Source of the DNA: an uncultured virus (IMG/VR IMGVR_UViG_3300032053_000046)
Taxonomy: Duplodnaviria; Heunggongvirae; Uroviricota; Caudoviricetes
DNA length: 20,000 nucleotides
Virus record (IMG/VR): IMGVR_UViG_3300032053_000046
Reading direction: 5' to 3' (one strand)
Positions 15,374 through 20,000 of this stretch are shown in pieces (positions within the stretch are counted from its first letter, which is position 1; each line of letters starts with the position of its first letter). The notes under the pieces are model-generated. The model saw nothing but the letters and a program-made list of their open reading frames with translations, made no database searches and had not been told where the DNA came from. A program made the translations under genes and the position numbers.

Positions 15374-15751
15374 ATGGTTTACGTTATTTCCTGCAATGCA
15401 AGGGTTTCTCGGAATTCAGTTTTTATTGGTGATGGGTCGGTTTTTGAACAGAAACACAAGCCGTTCCCTTGGTGGTTTTCTTTTAGGTTTTTCAGAGTAT
15501 TAGGAAGGGTGTTTACCAAGAGGATAAGATTTGCCTTTACTAACTATAGAGAGTATCTTACATATATGATGTCTGCGGATGAGCATTTCGCAGCATCATT
15601 TTCTATTTTAGTAGGATTAGCTCGAAAGGGGGACGTTACTCTGGTTTGTGATTGTGTTGATGCGGGAGGTTTGTTTTGTCATGGGTCGGTGATGAAGCAT
15701 TATATCCTTGAGGCATTGAGGCGAGAAAAAGAAATAGACTCTCTTTTGTGA
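15374..15751 (+). CDS. DUF4326-like protein
   Basis: VFIG.GSVF..PF near the N-terminus; L.RKGDVTLVCDC......CHG.V at the C-terminus. Confidence 0.6.
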   Translation: MVYVISCNARVSRNSVFIGDGSVFEQKHKPFPWWFSFRFFRVLGRVFTKRIRFAFTNYREYLTYMMSADEHFAASFSILVGLARKGDVTLVCDCVDAGGLFCHGSVMKHYILEALRREKEIDSLL

Positions 15752-15766
15752 TTAAGTTGTGAGGTT

Positions 15767-16879
15767 TTGAGTTTAACTATGTTAAGATCAACCAAACACA
15801 TTTTGAAGTATCAAACTGGCACTAAATCTAAGCAATTAGACCAGTTATTTCAGGATTATAAGGTTGACTTACAGTTTTATGTGGATCAAATTTGGGATAA
15901 GAAACTTCCACTGAAGAAATTTCTATCTACGAAAGATTGTCCTTCAAATATACTTACACATTCAACATGGAAGTCAGCACTTTATAAGCAAGCATCTGGG
16001 ATTATCAGATCCAATAAGGAAAAGAATAAAAAGTCAAAGCCGGAAATTAAGAGTGTCTCAATTTCTTTGAATGAGTATTTGTTTGACATCGAGTTTCAAT
16101 CTTCCGGTCATTTTGACGAATTTATCCGTATCCGGTTGCCCTATTTTCAGGATGGTAAGCATCGAGCAGTCACAATAAACTTACCGATCAAGTATCACAA
16201 GCATTATCTGAAGTACGCTGATTGGAAGCGTAAGAAGAACATCAAATTAGTAAAAGACAGTGATGGCAAGTATTTTGTGTTTTTGACTTTTGAAAAAGAG
16301 GCACCTGTAATAAAGACTGTTGGTAAATCTTTGGGTATTGATATTGGTTACAAGAAACTTCTTTCAACTTCCGATGGTCAGTTCTTGGGAACCGATATTG
16401 AGAAGGTTTGCACAGATATATCAAAGAAGGTAAGGAACTCTAAGAACTTCAAGCAGAACTTGAGGTTTCGAGATAACGAAATTAACCGAGTTGTGAACGA
16501 GTTAGACCTGTCAAACGTAAACAGCCTTGTCATTGAAGACCTAAAGAATGTGAAGAGAAATACCAAGAAAGATCATCGAGTTTTGACAAAGTTTATGAAC
16601 AAGTTACAGTATTGGGTCTATTTAGCGGCAATAGGTAAGCTGGTGCGAGCTTGTGAGGAGAACGGTGTTCTTCTTACAAAGGTCAATCCAGCTTACACTT
16701 CCCAGACTTGTTCAGTGTGTGGATCAATACACAAGGAGTCTCGTGTGGGCGAGCGGTACAAGTGTATTGATTGTAAAGTGGAGATGGACGCGGATTATAA
16801 CGCAGCCATTAACATTTTGCACAGGGTGGCTAAAGAACCCTGCCAGAAAAGTCTGTCCACTATAAACTGTGGAGGATAG
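15767..16879 (+). CDS. tnpB: TnpB / Cas12f-like RNA-guided endonuclease (IS200/IS605 family)
   Basis: RuvC-I LGIDIG, RuvC-II VIEDL, PAYTSQTCSVCG...CIDC zinc finger, RuvC-III DADYNAAINI; start may be ATG 15779. Confidence 0.93.
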   Translation: MSLTMLRSTKHILKYQTGTKSKQLDQLFQDYKVDLQFYVDQIWDKKLPLKKFLSTKDCPSNILTHSTWKSALYKQASGIIRSNKEKNKKSKPEIKSVSISLNEYLFDIEFQSSGHFDEFIRIRLPYFQDGKHRAVTINLPIKYHKHYLKYADWKRKKNIKLVKDSDGKYFVFLTFEKEAPVIKTVGKSLGIDIGYKKLLSTSDGQFLGTDIEKVCTDISKKVRNSKNFKQNLRFRDNEINRVVNELDLSNVNSLVIEDLKNVKRNTKKDHRVLTKFMNKLQYWVYLAAIGKLVRACEENGVLLTKVNPAYTSQTCSVCGSIHKESRVGERYKCIDCKVEMDADYNAAINILHRVAKEPCQKSLSTINCGG

Positions 16880-16883
16880 GCAT

Positions 16884-17282
16884 TTGAGCCGATTGAGATT
16901 GAAAGTTGATTCCAGCAAGTCAAGTCAGGTCTTTCACTGTATCGTGAAGGAATGGCACTATCTCCTGTACTGTAAGGAGACTGATTCTGTGCAGGTTGCG
17001 GCAAAGGTAGGGGATAGTAGTGTGTGTCTGTCAGTTCCCAAGGGAGTTTTTGATAAGATATTTGAGCCTACAGCTACATCTTCTCTTGGTGCTTTTATCA
17101 AGAAGAAGATGGCTAAGTTGGGTTACTCTCAGCATGACTTAGCTTTTCAAAGTGGTGTAACTCAGATGGCAATATCAAAAATTATCAGGGGTGTGACGCG
17201 GGGGGTTAATTCAGCGACTCTATCGAAACTTGCGGTAGGGTTAGGAGTGACTGAGGATGACCTAAAGAAAACAATGGAATAA
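16884..17282 (+). CDS. XRE/Cro-C1 helix-turn-helix transcriptional regulator
   Basis: C-terminal LG.FIKK....LGYSQHDLA..SGVTQ.AISKI.RG......TL.KLA.GLGV; TTG start 8 nt after GGAGG (track start 16869). Confidence 0.85.
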   Translation: MSRLRLKVDSSKSSQVFHCIVKEWHYLLYCKETDSVQVAAKVGDSSVCLSVPKGVFDKIFEPTATSSLGAFIKKKMAKLGYSQHDLAFQSGVTQMAISKIIRGVTRGVNSATLSKLAVGLGVTEDDLKKTME

Positions 17283-17307
17283 ATCTCAAAGAATATCGGA
17301 GGATTGG

Positions 17308-18303
17308 ATGCTGCCCACTACTTCCATAGTCCTTGATTCTGTGTCTACAACTGATAATTCTCCTGTGGTAACTGTAACTTCGTTTACGGTTAAGGAGGCG
17401 TTGGATTACTTTCGCCCGTTGGCTTTTGGACTTTTTAAGCGATACCCGTCTTTGTGTTACATCATGGAAATTGACGAGTTTATATCTAATTGCTACATTC
17501 ATTTTAAGGAATCTAAATTCCTTGAAAAGTATGGAGTAGTGTCTGACCCGTCAGTGAAAATTTGTACAAAGTTCTATTATCTTCTCCGGGGAATGAAAAA
17601 TAGGGCAGTCGATATTCTTAGAGAGGATTCTCGTAAGATGAAGGTATTGCGAGATACCTTCAGGTGTGAAGAAGGGGAGGAATTGTCGCTTTATGATGTT
17701 ATTCCAGATGATGATAATGTTGATGTTTTGGGTGAGTTAATTTTACAGGAAGCGATTAGTGTTCTTCCCAAGGACAGGCGTAAGCATCTTTTTCACGGAA
17801 AAATTCACGAGGATCACGAAGTTTATATAAACATCAAAGGACAACCCGAGAAAGTAACGGTTTGGTTTTGTCATTATTGGATTTATTACCTTCACTTGGA
17901 GGATTGGTCTAATACAGAAATTGCTGAGTTACTTAATGTGTCTGTCACTAGAATACATCAGATACTTCAGGGCTGTAGGTCCATACTTTCCGGGGTAGAT
18001 AGGGTTGATGGTAGGCGGGAGTATTTTGATGTAGTTTCTATGAAGAACAGAGACAAAGACAAAAAGTTGTGTGCCCCGAGGGGTGGTTTTGATGACTTGG
18101 ATGGGTATTTTGAGGGGTGGGTTGGTGTTCCAAAAAGTAAGTGGGTAGCAGTGACGGATAAGGGGAAAATGATTGATCTTGATAAGCTATCTCAGTCTCA
18201 GAAGGCGAGGATTAAGAGGAGGGCGGTGCGTGATTTGACGGATGAGGAGCGTATTGAGATAGGTATTTCATTGATGAAGTTGCAACCAGTTACTAACAAT
18301 TGA
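17308..18303 (+). CDS. sigma70-family RNA polymerase sigma factor (phage type) with C-terminal extension
   Basis: Region 2-like F..YLLRGMKNRAVDILR; SLYD linker; region 4 LQEAISVLP...WSNTEIAELLNVSVTRIHQI. Confidence 0.8.
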   Translation: MLPTTSIVLDSVSTTDNSPVVTVTSFTVKEALDYFRPLAFGLFKRYPSLCYIMEIDEFISNCYIHFKESKFLEKYGVVSDPSVKICTKFYYLLRGMKNRAVDILREDSRKMKVLRDTFRCEEGEELSLYDVIPDDDNVDVLGELILQEAISVLPKDRRKHLFHGKIHEDHEVYINIKGQPEKVTVWFCHYWIYYLHLEDWSNTEIAELLNVSVTRIHQILQGCRSILSGVDRVDGRREYFDVVSMKNRDKDKKLCAPRGGFDDLDGYFEGWVGVPKSKWVAVTDKGKMIDLDKLSQSQKARIKRRAVRDLTDEERIEIGISLMKLQPVTNN

Positions 18304-18316
18304 GAGGAGAGCGAAA

Positions 18317-18742
18317 ATGCAGACATATCTTTTGCGCCGAACATATAACCCTGTTTGGACAGAGGGAATTTTTGTAGTAAATGACGCCAGATTTTGCTAC
18401 ACCTTGGAAGATGTGGTTCGGCCAAAGGGTGCTGTGAAGGTGTTCGGTAAGACTGCGATACCGGCTGGACGGTATGAGGTGGTGGTAAACTTTTCAAATA
18501 GATTTCAAAGACAGATGATTTTGTTGCTGAATGTTCCGGGATTTGATGGTATACGTGCTCATGGGGGTAACACGGCAGTAGATACAGGTGGATGTTTACT
18601 TTGTGCATACAACAGAGTATCCCCCGGAGTTATTCAGGGTACGGCTGAAAAGGAAGTTACTGCGGCTTTTTTGGCATATTCGATGGAAAAGAACTATATT
18701 GAGGTTATTGATACATTTCCCTACGTTGGAGTAAATTCATAG
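18317..18742 (+). CDS. DUF5675 family protein (putative L,D-transpeptidase-like cell-wall enzyme)
   Basis: FCYTLED, TAIPAGRY, S.RF, VPGF.GIR.HGGN...DT.GC motifs. Confidence 0.85.
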   Translation: MQTYLLRRTYNPVWTEGIFVVNDARFCYTLEDVVRPKGAVKVFGKTAIPAGRYEVVVNFSNRFQRQMILLLNVPGFDGIRAHGGNTAVDTGGCLLCAYNRVSPGVIQGTAEKEVTAAFLAYSMEKNYIEVIDTFPYVGVNS

Positions 18743-19161
18743 TGGAGTATGTGGAGATTTACGTCGATGGGGCGTGTCTAGTGAATCCGGGTCCGGGTTC
18801 TTGGGCTGCGGTTTTCGTTTGTAAAGGTAAGTCTAAGGAAGTTTCAGGATATGTGTCAGAACATACAACAAATAATCGAATGGAGTTGATGGCGGCAATT
18901 CAGGGATTGAGTGCATTGAAGCGTGGTGTTACTGTAGCGACTATATTTTCAGATAGTCAGTATCTTGTTAATACCATGAATGAAGGTTGGAATAGAGGGG
19001 CAAATATTGATCTTTGGGAAGAGATTGACAGGTTGGTAATTCCTCATAAAAAGGTTGTGTGGGTGTGGCAGAAGGGACACGCGGGTTCATTTTACAACGA
19101 GAGGGCTGACCTGCTGTGTCAGATAGCCTTGAAAAACCGTCGCGGTAAGGAACTACAGTGA
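18742..19161 (+). CDS. rnhA: ribonuclease HI
   Basis: YVDGAC..NPGPG, TTNNRMELMA, SDSQY, N.DLW and KGHAG...NERAD; all catalytic acidic residues present. Confidence 0.95.
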   Translation: MEYVEIYVDGACLVNPGPGSWAAVFVCKGKSKEVSGYVSEHTTNNRMELMAAIQGLSALKRGVTVATIFSDSQYLVNTMNEGWNRGANIDLWEEIDRLVIPHKKVVWVWQKGHAGSFYNERADLLCQIALKNRRGKELQ

Positions 19162-19637
19162 GTGAGTATCCTGCACTGGTAATATCATCCCATCTTGCGG
19201 TCCTACACGAAAACTTGGCTGCTTGTGGAATTGACATTAATATAGTTACGGGACAAGAGGACTTATTTGATTTCATTAGGCAATATTCATGCATTTCTTT
19301 GAATAGTCCGGTAGCTCTTTCTAACTTGTCTGTTTTGCAAAGGTATCATTCAAAGTTGTTGAAATTCATAGAGGAAACAAAGATCCCGTTGATATGCCTT
19401 GCATCTGAAGATAATTTTTCACCTGTCTTTCTGTCAAGGTTTAAGACGGTTAAGAAGACACCAGTGATTTTGAAAAGAGAAGCAGATAATTTCAGGTTGG
19501 TGTGTGATGATTTTGTGGAGGGTAATGTTACAGATTCGGATTGGGTAAGGTTAGCAGTCTCATATTACCCTTTACATGTAGCGATAGCCCAGACTAATTT
19601 ATCAACAAAAGATAAAATAAGGCAGATATACTTATGA
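19158..19637 (+). CDS. degenerate AAA+ clamp-loader-like subunit
   Basis: LLKFIEE...LICLAS......VFLSRF resembles the LLK.LEE...ILSRC segment of HolB/RFC; no Walker A motif seen. Confidence 0.55.
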   Translation: MSEYPALVISSHLAVLHENLAACGIDINIVTGQEDLFDFIRQYSCISLNSPVALSNLSVLQRYHSKLLKFIEETKIPLICLASEDNFSPVFLSRFKTVKKTPVILKREADNFRLVCDDFVEGNVTDSDWVRLAVSYYPLHVAIAQTNLSTKDKIRQIYL

Positions 19638-19801
19638 CAATACAAACTACTGATCTATCTTCACACGAGTTTCGGGAATTTTATTGGCAAGAGGAAGCGT
19701 TTGTTTATGACTTGGAGGAGGAAGAGGAGAGTAATGGAGATGAGTATGAGGATGATGTTTGTTATGAGGACATCGGGGATCAAGAAGTAGGGATGGAGTA
19801 A
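19634..19801 (+). CDS. very acidic small protein (55 aa)
   Basis: ATGA overlap; 21 of 55 residues are D/E; not in ORF track. Confidence 0.65.
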   Translation: MTIQTTDLSSHEFREFYWQEEAFVYDLEEEEESNGDEYEDDVCYEDIGDQEVGME

Positions 19802-19803
19802 CT

Positions 19804-20000
19804 GTGAGGGTCTACTTTAATCAAGATACTATTCAGCTTTTGTATTTCTTGTTCCCCGGCTACAAGACGGTAACTGATGTTGAGTGGAGTGGCGCGAGTG
19901 GGAAAGTTATTTATTTTGTTCAGCCGAAGGATAAGATAGTTGAGATTGACAGGCAGATGCAGCATAGATTTACTGATTATGTGATAGTAACAAAGAATGA
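19804..20000 (+). CDS. 5' part of hypothetical protein (runs off window end)
   Basis: GGAG RBS, GTG start, open to the end (MRVYFNQDTIQLLYFLFPGY...). Confidence 0.65.
   Translation, partial: MRVYFNQDTIQLLYFLFPGYKTVTDVEWSGASGKVIYFVQPKDKIVEIDRQMQHRFTDYVIVTKN

Noticed and set aside
15767..16879. Nuclease-dead TnpB (TldR/dCas12f)
   Set aside because: All three RuvC acidic residues and the zinc finger are present.
16880..16910. CRISPR repeat for a Cas12f system (sequence ends ATTGAAAG)
   Set aside because: Single occurrence inside the HTH coding frame; no repeat-spacer array or other cas genes in the window.
197..19965. All minus-strand ORFs in the track (e.g. 783-1301, 2926-3498, 3889-4422, 10811-11236)
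   Set aside because: Antisense shadows of + strand genes, with no RBS and His/Thr/Asn/Pro-rich composition expected from the G/T strand bias.
1..20000. Stop-codon reassignment (alternative genetic code)
   Set aside because: Ligase, RNase H, TnpB and DUF932 are full length in code 11, and TAA, TAG and TGA all end genes at sensible positions.

Overview
Gene-dense, entirely + strand segment of what looks like a large dsDNA phage genome (standard code, G/T-rich coding strand, overlapping start/stop junctions, no host housekeeping synteny). The left two-thirds is an accessory/early region: many small ORFs behind a family of five related sigma70-type promoters (TTGAC[A/T]-17-TATATT), two of which lie in an 89-bp direct repeat carrying an IHF-like site. 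It includes a Zn-ribbon/GroES fusion, KTSC, SPFH, a stand-alone TSCPD (NrdJ C-terminal-like) protein and DUF932. The right third encodes an ATP-dependent DNA ligase, a secreted protein with a T9SS-CTD-like tail, a DUF4326-like protein, an orphan catalytically intact TnpB followed directly by an XRE-HTH and a sigma70-family factor, DUF5675, RNase HI and a clamp-loader-like subunit. The most notable unexplained signals are (i) about five end-paired, multi-helix putative ncRNAs at 2.5-3.8 kb, (ii) a half-length DIP1984-like coiled-coil gene followed by a structured RNA with UUG-repeat loops, and (iii) the tnpB-HTH-sigma arrangement. All family assignments are motif recognition by eye and all RNA folds are hand-paired; no searches were run.
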